IMG/VR virus record: IMGVR_UViG_3300027819_000151
Span: 1-28,435 of that record
Direction: 5' to 3' (one strand)
Source of the DNA: a virus
Lineage: Duplodnaviria; Caudoviricetes
DNA length: 28,435 bases
This document shows positions 9,565 through 17,739 of the stretch, one piece after another. Numbering within the stretch: the first letter of the stretch is position 1; every line of letters begins with the position of its first letter. Both the position numbers and the translations under genes were made by a program. The notes under the pieces were generated by a model. The model was given only the letters and a program-made list of their open reading frames with translations, was not told the origin of the DNA and did no database searches.

Positions 9565-10214
9565 CAGGCAGCCGCGTAGCGAACGGGCTCGGCCAGCAGC
9601 GACAGCGTGACCTCGACGGCCATAATCTCGTTGACGGTGAGCGACGGCGTTTTGTTCAGGCTGATGTAGGCGTTGTAGAGCAGCACGGCGGCGCTCGGCA
9701 GCGTGATCTTCACCGCGCGCGGCAAGCGGTCGTCATTGGCCGCTGCAGCCAGGATGAAGCCTGCGAGCGTGGGATCGTCTGCGATGCTGAAACTCAGGCC
9801 GGCCGCGTTTTTGAACGTCGGGATGCGTTTCTTGGCGTCCGCTTCGAGGAGCTGATAGTCGAGGAATTGCTGCTCGCCCCCGCTGCTGGAACTCGACAGA
9901 ATTTGCGAGAGTTGCGTCCAGGTCAGGATTTCCCGGATCGTGCCCGCGCCGCTCGCTGCCGGATAGATCGACGTGAGTGACGTGTCGATGCCGACCAGCG
10001 GAATGTCGTCGGCGACGGGCACGCCAGCCTTGACGATCTTGTCGGTCAGTCGCGTCCAGCCGCTTGTAACTTCCATGAAGTCGCCGGCCGCAATCGTATG
10101 ACCGACAGCGAGCGATGCGATGCCGGGGTTGGCGTTGCTGATTCCGGTCATTACTTTGGCGGCCCCATAGGACGCCGCGATTGCTACGATTGAACCATTG
10201 GGAAGCGAGATCAT
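9564..10214 (-). CDS. Major tail (tube) protein
   Basis: 216 aa. MISLPNGS.V.IA, ISNANP, SGW..L, SSSGGEQQF, IPT.KNA. Position before the chaperones. Confidence 0.9.
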   Translation of the reverse strand: MISLPNGSIVAIAASYGAAKVMTGISNANPGIASLAVGHTIAAGDFMEVTSGWTRLTDKIVKAGVPVADDIPLVGIDTSLTSIYPAASGAGTIREILTWTQLSQILSSSSSGGEQQFLDYQLLEADAKKRIPTFKNAAGLSFSIADDPTLAGFILAAAANDDRLPRAVKITLPSAAVLLYNAYISLNKTPSLTVNEIMAVEVTLSLLAEPVRYAAA

Positions 10215-10239
10215 TCGAGTGTTCCTTTCATCAGGACAT

Positions 10240-10264
10240 AAAAAAAGCCGCTGATTAAGCGGCC
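10240..10264 (-). terminator. Putative intrinsic terminator between tail completion and tail tube genes
   Basis: Minus strand GGCCGC-TTAATCA-GCGGC followed by T7. Confidence 0.55.
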
Positions 10265-10294
10265 AGTGGGATCGCCCGAAGGCGGGTTAAAAAT

Positions 10295-10654
10295 CTATGA
10301 CGTGTGCCAAAAACTGAAATCTTGCATCGTTCCGAAAAGCCCCGTGTCGGCCTCATACACGGCCACAGGCGCCCCCAGGACGGTTGTCCCGAGCGCGGTA
10401 TAGGCGCGCAGCGCGTCCTCGACTGAGCGCGACAGGGCAGCCGCGCCGTCCCTGGTGGCGTCCCAGCCGTTAACCTGGAACCGAGCATTTTTTTTCGACG
10501 GCACGGTCGGGTCGATGAAGTTCACGCCGACGCCGCCGACCTGCTGAAACGTGATCCGCGGCAGCGTCGTCACGTTGGCCGGCGCGATGTCGCGGTACAC
10601 CCGGCTGTTCACCAGGTTCTTGAGCGCCAGGAATATGCTCGCCTCGACTGTCAT
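10295..10654 (-). CDS. DUF3168-like tail completion/terminator protein
   Basis: Start MTVEASIF at 10654. Motifs RVY.D.AP, PRITFQQVGG, RFQVN.W..TR..A. Confidence 0.85.
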   Translation of the reverse strand: MTVEASIFLALKNLVNSRVYRDIAPANVTTLPRITFQQVGGVGVNFIDPTVPSKKNARFQVNGWDATRDGAAALSRSVEDALRAYTALGTTVLGAPVAVYEADTGLFGTMQDFSFWHTS

Positions 10655-11091
10655 GTCGGCAATCCCATCGTGCCATCTGAAAGTCGCTCGGCCATGCGGG
10701 CCTTTCCGGCAGCGATGGCCCGCTGCACATGGTCCCAGGCGGGCCGGATGAATGGGTGCGCTGGCGCGCGCGAGTGACCGTATTCGAGCAGGTGCCAATG
10801 CGGGGCCTTCGATTTGTTCACGCTCACGCGGTACACCTTGACATACTGCGATGAACGGTCGGCCGCGTACACGCGATAGATTGCATTGTTCAAGGTGCCG
10901 GTTTTGACGCCCGGCGGGTCCAACGGCATCCCGGTTTTGCGCGCGCCGGATGTATTGAGCTTCACTTCGTCATAGATCACGCGAGCCATAGCGGCCGCCC
11001 CACTGAATATCACGCTGTCCTTGATGCTGGCCTCGAACTTGTCCAGGTCCGCAACCAGGTTGCCGGTCAGCTTCGTCTCGATGTTCAGCAT
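10651..11091 (-). CDS. HK97 gp10-family tail component
   Basis: TGTLNNAI, APHWHLLEYG.SR.PAHPFIRPAWD. Confidence 0.9.
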   Translation of the reverse strand: MLNIETKLTGNLVADLDKFEASIKDSVIFSGAAAMARVIYDEVKLNTSGARKTGMPLDPPGVKTGTLNNAIYRVYAADRSSQYVKVYRVSVNKSKAPHWHLLEYGHSRAPAHPFIRPAWDHVQRAIAAGKARMAERLSDGTMGLPT

Positions 11092-11094
11092 CGT

Positions 11095-11424
11095 TCACCC
11101 CGTCAGGATCTGAGACACCGGCAGCGTGAGATATTCGCGCCCGCTTTTTGGATCAGGCAGAACTCCCTCGACCTGGTAAATGTCAGCCCCGTCCACCACG
11201 CGCATGCTCGGCTTGATGTCGGCCAGATAACGAATCTTCACCGTCGCCGTAACCTTCGACTGCGATGCGGCGGCGGCGATGAACTCGCGCGCGGACAGCG
11301 GGCGCACCTCGGCCCAGACGGTTGCGAAGGTGTCCCAACTTTCTGTGATGATGCCGGTGCCGGCGTCCTGCGCGCTTACCAGCGATTGAATCTGCACCGA
11401 ATGAGACAATTTTCCAGCTTGCAT
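11095..11424 (-). CDS. Head closure protein (head-tail adaptor, SPP1 gp16-like)
   Basis: Start MQAGKL.H.V.IQ at 11424. Motifs W..FATVWAEVRPLSARE, KIRY...I...MRV. Confidence 0.92.
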   Translation of the reverse strand: MQAGKLSHSVQIQSLVSAQDAGTGIITESWDTFATVWAEVRPLSAREFIAAAASQSKVTATVKIRYLADIKPSMRVVDGADIYQVEGVLPDPKSGREYLTLPVSQILTG

Positions 11425-11425
11425 T

Positions 11426-12028
11426 TCAGACACCCATATTTTTGCGAAACTTGCCGAGGAGATACCGCACGCCCATCGGCAATTCAGCTCTCGCGTTTTC
11501 GTCCACGGCTTCCCGGTTTGCGAACCAGTGCGCAATGCAAAGGTGCATCGCCTGCCTGATCGGCTCGGGCACTTCCTCGGGCGGCGAATCGTCGGACGGG
11601 TAACCGACCGTGTAGCGCACGCGCACCGAGTCCACGTCCGTGCGCGCTGACGGCCAGGACACGCCGTAGGCCAGCAGCAGTACTGACGCCCTTGCGTAGT
11701 CGCTGAAGCGGTATTGATCTGCTGCAAGCACGGTATCCACGCCGTCCGGGTCGAGATACTTCACCGACACGATGGAGCGTACCGGCCCGCCTGGCAGGTC
11801 GATAACGGATGCGAACGAGTTGCCGGCGATTTCCAGCGTTTTCGCTACCAGCGAAATTTCCAGTTCTTCCTCGCACGCCTGCCGCGCGGCCTTGATCAGC
11901 TTCGTGATGCGCGCGGCCTCGACGTAGGCAGGCGGCGAATTCGTATCCATTGCTGCGCGCACATTTTCACCAGCCTCGGCCAGGCTGATCGGCTCGGTCG
12001 TGCTTTCGGTGATGATCTTCGGTGTCAT
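11426..12028 (-). CDS. Head-tail connector protein (gp6-like, long type)
   Basis: Start MTPKIIT at 12028. Motifs EPISLAEA, LIKAARQ.CE, PV.SI.SVKY.D, VPEPIRQA....IAHWF.NREAV. Confidence 0.92.
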   Translation of the reverse strand: MTPKIITESTTEPISLAEAGENVRAAMDTNSPPAYVEAARITKLIKAARQACEEELEISLVAKTLEIAGNSFASVIDLPGGPVRSIVSVKYLDPDGVDTVLAADQYRFSDYARASVLLLAYGVSWPSARTDVDSVRVRYTVGYPSDDSPPEEVPEPIRQAMHLCIAHWFANREAVDENARAELPMGVRYLLGKFRKNMGV

Positions 12029-12618
12029 GCTGCAATCCTCTCGAAAGCAAGCCACGTATTTTCAACATGAACAATCTGCGCTCCCGCAGCGTGAAGTTCA
12101 TCCAACACTTCGCGCACATCTACCGTTCCCAGGTCGTGATAGTCGTGCCAGATCACAATACCGCCAGGTCGTGTCACAGCCCGCGCCAATTCCGTGTCGT
12201 GCAAAATAGCATCGCGACTATGGTCTCCATCGATGAACACCGCGTCGCATGGGTCAAGGTCGGATGCCGATAAGTCGAAAGAACCGCGCGGACGCAGGAT
12301 CAACTCGAATCTCGGATCATCGGCAGCCAACTCGCCCGGCCTGTCTGGAACCTCGTCACGTTGGACGCGCTTGGCGGGAATGTAGCCTTTCGGAACGTCG
12401 ATTCCTTGATAGCGTTCGATCCCCTGAACATTGCGCAGAATTGCCTTTGCCGTTCGTCCGGTATTGCAGCCAAATTCAAGCACTCCCTTTGGCTTGGAGC
12501 TTGCGACCAGCGCAATCAATGCCTCAAGCTCGCCCGGATTCATGTACCGCATTGGTAGGCCGGATAGGTCAACCGATATAACGTCAAGCTGCGATTTGTT
12601 GGCGGTCGGCAATGGCAT
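12025..12618 (-). CDS. Class I SAM-dependent methyltransferase (Methyltransf_24-like, probable O-methyltransferase)
   Basis: VLEFGCNTGRTA (motif I), DAVFIDGDHS, PGGIVIWHDY. Confidence 0.88.
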   Translation of the reverse strand: MPLPTANKSQLDVISVDLSGLPMRYMNPGELEALIALVASSKPKGVLEFGCNTGRTAKAILRNVQGIERYQGIDVPKGYIPAKRVQRDEVPDRPGELAADDPRFELILRPRGSFDLSASDLDPCDAVFIDGDHSRDAILHDTELARAVTRPGGIVIWHDYHDLGTVDVREVLDELHAAGAQIVHVENTWLAFERIAA

Positions 12619-14107
12619 CAAGAAACTCCGTTAAGTACCGCTCAGCGCGTGGCATGTCGATTTGCTTCCGGCAGGCGTGCATCTTGCTGAAACATTCGCA
12701 CGGCGTGATCGGCTGTATCCAATGGCAACGCGGGTCGCCGTGGTCATACAGGCGCGCAGATTCGTGACCGCCAAATACCGCTACCAGCGGCGTCTCGACC
12801 GCCTGCGCCAGGATGATCGCAAAGCCGGGGGAGCAGAACACAAGCCGCGCCTGCGCGGTCAATGCCGCCAACGTTTCGAAATCAAGCTCGCCACGGTGGC
12901 ATTCGGCGTCGGCGCCAATGTCCTGCCCGACCATCCATTCCTTTCGTGGCTCCAAATCGGCAACGGAGACCAAGAAACGGCCTTTTCGGGCGATCTGAGC
13001 CAGTTGCGCGTAGGCTGCATAGTCCGGGTTGCGTTGTGCACATCCTGCCCATTCGGTGCGGTCCACCAGTGGCCGGTAGATCATCAACGGCTTGCCCGGC
13101 TGCCACTTATCGAGCCATTCCTGCGCCTTTTCCTGCCAAGCGTCAGGAATTGGCAGCCGAAAGTCAGCCGGAACCACCTTAACCACGCTATTCGCCGCCA
13201 TCGCCCCAAGGAAGCTCCCGGTGGCGCGGATTTGGTCGTGGCTGTACCAAATTCTCTGCGGCATAACCGCTGGCGGCTTGCCATGAGCGTATTGCCCAAC
13301 CTCGCGCTTCGCGTTCTTGGCCTGCGTCCGTAAAGCTGTAGCTTTAGGCACCAGATGCACCGGCAGATCGTGAAAAACTGAGGGCCAGGGCGTTTCCAGC
13401 CAGACTTCGTGCGTCTGCACCAGTTTTCGCACAATTGCGCGCTCGTGCAGGTTGTCTCCCAAACCGTGCATCCCTTGCAGGTACAGCGGCGGCTTGCCAG
13501 GGATCAAAGCCTTGTCGATCGGCAGGCGTTCAAAACAGGTAATAGCCGTCTGCCGCGTAGCGTTGACTACCTCCACCCCACGCGCCCGAAGATCAATGCC
13601 GAGCTGCACCATCCGCCGCGTCCACTCCGGCATCGTGCCCAGGTTCGGCAGCCCGCCTTCGTGGTCGCCGTGATGATGGCTTTCCCCGCCAGGACCTCTC
13701 TGCATGTCATAACCGAGCAGGATGATCCGCGCTGCGCCCCACAGGTAAGCCAAGCCGATCGCCTGGTAGCCGCTATTTAGTCCGGTGTGAATCCGTCCCG
13801 GCTTGGTCGATAGGCCAGGCTCGTCAACCGCCTCGACATAATTGATACCCGCCATCCGTTCGGCGCACGTCCATAATTCGCTTGTCGTCTGTTCCGCCTC
13901 TGCGCCGTACACTCTCCACCAGCGAGCATCCGAGGCATAGAGCACATCCGCCCACGGCGCTTTCCGAAACGTCGTACAGACCGCGATTACATGCCGGTCT
14001 TGCGGCGCTTGCCCTCGCCATGTTTTGGTAAGTGCAACGTCTGCGTCGGTGAGTGATGGGCCGCTTGCAAGGCAGACAACGGTCGACCCGCGCCATCGTC
14101 CGCCACT
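12584..14107 (-). CDS. Two-domain glycosyltransferase-like protein; 5' part apparently reached by -1 frameshift from the upstream small gene
   Basis: The frame is open upstream of the GTG at 13945 and encodes RWRGSTVVCLASGPSL...VIAVCTTFRKAPWADVLYASD. Together with NSGYQAIGLAYLWGAARIILLGYDM this resembles a DUF115/Maf/sialyltransferase-like fold. The C-terminal half begins GMHGLGDNL (GT9-like GT-B). Confidence 0.75.
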   Translation of the reverse strand, partial: SGGRWRGSTVVCLASGPSLTDADVALTKTWRGQAPQDRHVIAVCTTFRKAPWADVLYASDARWWRVYGAEAEQTTSELWTCAERMAGINYVEAVDEPGLSTKPGRIHTGLNSGYQAIGLAYLWGAARIILLGYDMQRGPGGESHHHGDHEGGLPNLGTMPEWTRRMVQLGIDLRARGVEVVNATRQTAITCFERLPIDKALIPGKPPLYLQGMHGLGDNLHERAIVRKLVQTHEVWLETPWPSVFHDLPVHLVPKATALRTQAKNAKREVGQYAHGKPPAVMPQRIWYSHDQIRATGSFLGAMAANSVVKVVPADFRLPIPDAWQEKAQEWLDKWQPGKPLMIYRPLVDRTEWAGCAQRNPDYAAYAQLAQIARKGRFLVSVADLEPRKEWMVGQDIGADAECHRGELDFETLAALTAQARLVFCSPGFAIILAQAVETPLVAVFGGHESARLYDHGDPRCHWIQPITPCECFSKMHACRKQIDMPRAERYLTEFLDAIADRQQIAA

Positions 14108-14271
14108 TTTCCCACGACTTCCTTGTTCGATTGAGTTGTGAGCTTGATGCGTACCAGCCCGGCGCGCTCAAGGTCCCGTGCAAGACTGTTCTCAAGCATG
14201 ATGGGCCGACCCTCGTTCGCGCTTATGCGACCGTGTACAAAATCGGTGAGAGGAACTACTTCAACTTGCAT
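13987..14271 (-). CDS. Small capsid-adjacent protein (94 aa), putative head-associated module
   Basis: GGAG RBS then ATG at 14271. MQVEVVPLTDFVHG...EGRPIMLENSLARDLERAGLVRI resembles the small proteins that follow HK97-type capsid genes. Basic, low-complexity tail. Confidence 0.75.
   Translation of the reverse strand: MQVEVVPLTDFVHGRISANEGRPIMLENSLARDLERAGLVRIKLTTQSNKEVVGKVADDGAGRPLSALQAAHHSPTQTLHLPKHGEGKRRKTGM
14058..14113 (-). other. Putative programmed -1 frameshift signal: G GGA AAA plus H-type pseudoknot
   Basis: Heptamer at 14113-14107 is in frame (GTG GGA AAA). Stem GGCGGACGATGG/CCGTTGTCTGCC is 12 bp with 3 G-U pairs. Loop GGGTCG can pair with downstream CGGCCC. SD-like AAGGAAG lies just upstream. 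Confidence 0.75.
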
Positions 14272-14285
14272 GTGCGCATCTCCAG

Positions 14286-14322
14286 AAAAAAAGCCCGCCA
14301 GGCAATCACGCCCGGCGGGCTT
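14286..14322 (-). terminator. Intrinsic terminator after the major capsid gene
   Basis: Minus strand AAGCCCGCCGGGC-GTGATT-GCCTGGCGGGC followed by T7. Confidence 0.85.
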
Positions 14323-14339
14323 CGTCATGCCACTGCGAA

Positions 14340-15536
14340 TTACGACCCGACCAGGTCGGCGTTCTTGACGAACGCTTCCGGCCGATAGGTCGCCAAAGCG
14401 AGGCGCTCTTCGCAGCGAATGGTGATCATGTTCTTCACGAAATCGTCTTCGTTTTGCGTTGCGATCACCACGTTGATCTCTTCACGATCGAAGAGTTGAG
14501 CGCCCATCTCGAACGCGCCGACGAGGGCGGTATCGACGGTCATCGCTTGCGTTGTCACCGCCGGACGGCCCCACAAGGAGGGTGTCGCCAGCGATTGCGG
14601 GTTCGCAAAGATGTACGCGCCAGTGCTTTCTTTCGTCAGCTCGATCGCAGCCCAGTCCGCCGGATTGAGAACGATTCCGGTTGCAGGGTACTCGGCGAGT
14701 TCCGACTGGAGAAGCATCAGCCGCAACACGTCGATTTTGGTCGGCGACGCAACCACAATTGGCGCGCTGTACGCGGTGGCTTGCGTATAGATGCCGTTCA
14801 GGTTGTTGCCGGAGCCAGAGCCCTTCAGCAACTGCGCCTCCTCCACCAACTTCAGGCCGTAACGCAAGCGGCCGTCGATGTTCGACTGGAGTTGAAGGAA
14901 GTCATCCAGGATCTGCTTCGATGCCTTGATGAAATGCGCGACCGTAACGACAGGCGACTGCACCCATTCGTAGGTGATGGTCGATTCCGGCTTCTTGACG
15001 GTCTCCGAAACCGTTGCAGCATTGTTGGTAAAGCCCGTTTCCCGAACATAGGAGATCATGTTCGATCCGGTGCGGCCCGGAGTGATGAGATCGCGCACGC
15101 GCAAACGCCGCTGTGTGCCCGGGACCAGGGGCTGTTGATCGGGCGCAACGCCAACCGTCGTAGTGTTGGTCGTATCGACGCTGGTGATCGCGGCCTTGAT
15201 CTGGTAGAGGAACCCGGACTGAACCGAGCGCATCCCACCGGACTCCAGCCACGCCTTGAACTCCGGCGACTCGGTAACATGCGCACCGAGCGAACGCACC
15301 GCGGCGATCTCATTGGCGCCGCGCCTCGCCGCTTTCTGCTCGACCTCGAGCAGCCGCGCCTGCAGCTCGCCCTGCTTGATCAGCAGTTCGTCAACTTTCG
15401 GCTTCATTTCCGCAGACATGTCGCCGTGTTTCTTGGCCTCGGCCAGCGCTTTTTCACCGGCCTCCTTGACCTGGTCGCCGATCTTTTTCAGTTCGGCCTT
15501 TACATCGTCGATCGTAAATTCGTTTGGTGCACCCAT
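14340..15536 (-). CDS. Major capsid protein, HK97 family
   Basis: 398 aa with coiled-coil delta domain. Motifs RLRVRDLI..G.T, E...KPES, ASKQILDD..QL, FVKNMITIRCEERLAL..YRPEAFV. Confidence 0.97.
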   Translation of the reverse strand: MGAPNEFTIDDVKAELKKIGDQVKEAGEKALAEAKKHGDMSAEMKPKVDELLIKQGELQARLLEVEQKAARRGANEIAAVRSLGAHVTESPEFKAWLESGGMRSVQSGFLYQIKAAITSVDTTNTTTVGVAPDQQPLVPGTQRRLRVRDLITPGRTGSNMISYVRETGFTNNAATVSETVKKPESTITYEWVQSPVVTVAHFIKASKQILDDFLQLQSNIDGRLRYGLKLVEEAQLLKGSGSGNNLNGIYTQATAYSAPIVVASPTKIDVLRLMLLQSELAEYPATGIVLNPADWAAIELTKESTGAYIFANPQSLATPSLWGRPAVTTQAMTVDTALVGAFEMGAQLFDREEINVVIATQNEDDFVKNMITIRCEERLALATYRPEAFVKNADLVGS

Positions 15537-15546
15537 GATGGGCTCC

Positions 15547-16410
15547 TTATAGCGAAAATGATTTGATTGCCAACATCAGTTCAGTTGCCTCGGCAGCGTT
15601 TTGCGTGCCGTTTCCAGTAGCGTTTTGCGTACCGGCCCCGGCAGCGCAAGGCGTGCCGGTCTTGAATTCTTGGAGCATGGCTCTGCGCTCGCTTCGGGGC
15701 ATTCCAGCCTTCGCCAGCGCCATGTCGAGCAGAAAAGCCGCAACGCGGTCACCCTTGGCGTTCGCGTCCTTTTTCACTTCGTCCGCCGGCAGTAAGGCAT
15801 CAGCGAAGCCTTGATCGACAGCCGCGGTTCCGCCAATCCATGTTTCGGCGTCCATCATTTTTTGCACGGCCTTTGCTTCAAGCCCGCTGCGCGCCGCATA
15901 GATGTCAGCCATCGCGGTGTCGAACGGCTCCAGCGTGTCGGCGATGTCGCGCAAATCCAGCCGGTTGCCGATTGCGACGACCCAAGTATCGTGAATCATC
16001 AGAAAGCCAGCACGCGCGATCAGCACTTCGTCGCCGGCCATCGCGATGATCGAAGCCGCTGACGCGGCAATACCGAGCACCTTTACCGTGACGCTGCCCT
16101 TGTGATCGCGGAGCAGGTTGTAGATCGCCATCCCCTCGAACAAATCGCCGCCGGGAGAATTGAGGTTGACGACCACATCCTTTTCCGCACCGATGGAGCG
16201 CAGCGCCGCGGCGATCCGCTTCGTTGTAACGCCTTCGCCGGTCCAGGGGTCTTGGCCGATGGGGTCCAGAATCGAGATAGTGTTATCAACAGCCGGCGCA
16301 GCCGCCATCAGGTCCGGCGTCCACCGCTCCAGCGCCTGGGGGGCAAGTTCCCACTGGAGGCCGTTAGGGCGCTCTATCTGTCTGGCTTGCGGCATGGTGC
16401 GTTTAAGCAT
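15547..16410 (-). CDS. ClpP-type head maturation protease
   Basis: Start MLKRTMPQ at 16410. Motifs LNSPGGDLFEGMAIYN, AASAAS.IAMAG, FLMIH, MDAETW, GFAD. Confidence 0.95.
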   Translation of the reverse strand: MLKRTMPQARQIERPNGLQWELAPQALERWTPDLMAAAPAVDNTISILDPIGQDPWTGEGVTTKRIAAALRSIGAEKDVVVNLNSPGGDLFEGMAIYNLLRDHKGSVTVKVLGIAASAASIIAMAGDEVLIARAGFLMIHDTWVVAIGNRLDLRDIADTLEPFDTAMADIYAARSGLEAKAVQKMMDAETWIGGTAAVDQGFADALLPADEVKKDANAKGDRVAAFLLDMALAKAGMPRSERRAMLQEFKTGTPCAAGAGTQNATGNGTQNAAEATELMLAIKSFSL

Positions 16411-16414
16411 GGTT

Positions 16415-17728
16415 CTACTCCTTGGCCGGAGAGCCGGCAGTTGTGGGTTCAATCCCGAGCCACGCCTTGAGCGCGTTCTGCGCACCCTGAGCAGCCGCAT
16501 TGGTGCCTTGGTTCATGTCGTCAATGTCCACCATTGCACTCTGTACTGTGAGCACCGCGGCATTGCCGCCCATCGGCGCCAGGTTCTCAAGCTGCCGGCA
16601 CTCGTCGCGGGTGTAGATTCCGACGTTGACCATGCTCGAATAGAACGCGGCGCGCGAGGTGCTGTCGGCGCGCAGCAGGCCCTCCAGGTTGAAACTGGCG
16701 AAATACGTTTTCCGCTCCACCGGCGTGAGCAGGTTTTTCCTCACCGCCTGCTCGATGCGCACGCACCAATGCCGCAGCGTGAACGTGAGAAACCAGATCA
16801 TCTTTTGCTCAAGACCGGTGCCCCAGTTCGAGTCCTTGCCGCCGTGTCCGATCATCGCCGGATCGACGCGATACCAGCGGCACATCTCCTCGACGTTGAA
16901 TGACCGGCTCGCCAGCAGTTCGGCTGACACCGGATCGAATCCGAGCTTTTGAAATCCGGTGCTTTTTTCGAGCACCATCACGCCGCCGGAATCGGAAACG
17001 CTCTTGACGTGCGCGCGGATCTCCTCGCGCTGCTCTTTTTTCAGAATCGCGTCCATCGTCACGATGCCGGGTGAGCGCATTGCGCCTTGGAACGTCTCGG
17101 CGCTCGCCTTGTCGGTCTCGATCGACGTGCCGAACACGTTTGCACCGTAGGCAATCGGCGACAACCCGAGCACGCCGTCGGTAGAAAACGCCGGGATGTG
17201 CATCAGGTTCGCTTCCGGGATAACCCGTTCCGCGCCGTCGCGGTAGCGATACTCCCATGCGCCGCTCGGCAGGCGGCGAATGATCATGCGCGCGGGCAGT
17301 AGAAAGTGCAGCGAGATGACCGACTTTCCGCTGCGGATTATCTCAATGTACGCATTGCCCCAGAGCAGCATTGAGGCAACCACTACCTCCCAAAACACGG
17401 CCGCCGTCATGTCGGCGTTCGGCTGATCGTGCAGAATCGTGTACAGGTCGTGCCCAGTTGCCGGCGTGCGCGATCCGTCTGCGTTGCGCTGATAGAAGCG
17501 AAACGGAAGCGTGGCCAGCGTCTCCGAGATTAGCCGCACGCACGCCCACACGGTCGCGAGTTGCAGCGCCTTATCCACACTGACACTCTTGCCGGTAAAT
17601 GATCCGGTGCCCGCCCACTCGCGCCAGAATGCGCCATCCTGCAGGCTGATTGGCACGCCGAGCCAGCTTTGCAGCGCGGCCCGGATGGCGGACTTGATTC
17701 GGCCCGGACGCTTTTCTATGGTCTGCAT
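16415..17728 (-). CDS. Portal protein, HK97 family
   Basis: Start MQTIEK at 17728. Motifs VWACVRLISE..A.LP, QPN..MT...FW, LLWGNAY, GLSPI, NLEGLLRAD, T.DE.R..ENL.P. Confidence 0.96.
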   Translation of the reverse strand: MQTIEKRPGRIKSAIRAALQSWLGVPISLQDGAFWREWAGTGSFTGKSVSVDKALQLATVWACVRLISETLATLPFRFYQRNADGSRTPATGHDLYTILHDQPNADMTAAVFWEVVVASMLLWGNAYIEIIRSGKSVISLHFLLPARMIIRRLPSGAWEYRYRDGAERVIPEANLMHIPAFSTDGVLGLSPIAYGANVFGTSIETDKASAETFQGAMRSPGIVTMDAILKKEQREEIRAHVKSVSDSGGVMVLEKSTGFQKLGFDPVSAELLASRSFNVEEMCRWYRVDPAMIGHGGKDSNWGTGLEQKMIWFLTFTLRHWCVRIEQAVRKNLLTPVERKTYFASFNLEGLLRADSTSRAAFYSSMVNVGIYTRDECRQLENLAPMGGNAAVLTVQSAMVDIDDMNQGTNAAAQGAQNALKAWLGIEPTTAGSPAKE

Positions 17729-17739
17729 CAATGTTTCGC

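Noticed and set aside
13824-14195. 123-aa minus-strand ORF as the missing N-terminus of the glycosyltransferase
   Set aside because: It is in the third frame and does not contain the ASGPSL/APWAD motif, which lies in the frame of the 453-aa ORF.
14454-15566. Long plus-strand ORFs antisense to structural genes (also 2197-3120, 7396-8217, 23570-24379)
   Set aside because: These are shadow ORFs caused by high GC3 codon bias. They are Arg-rich with no motifs, and the opposite strand carries clear genes.
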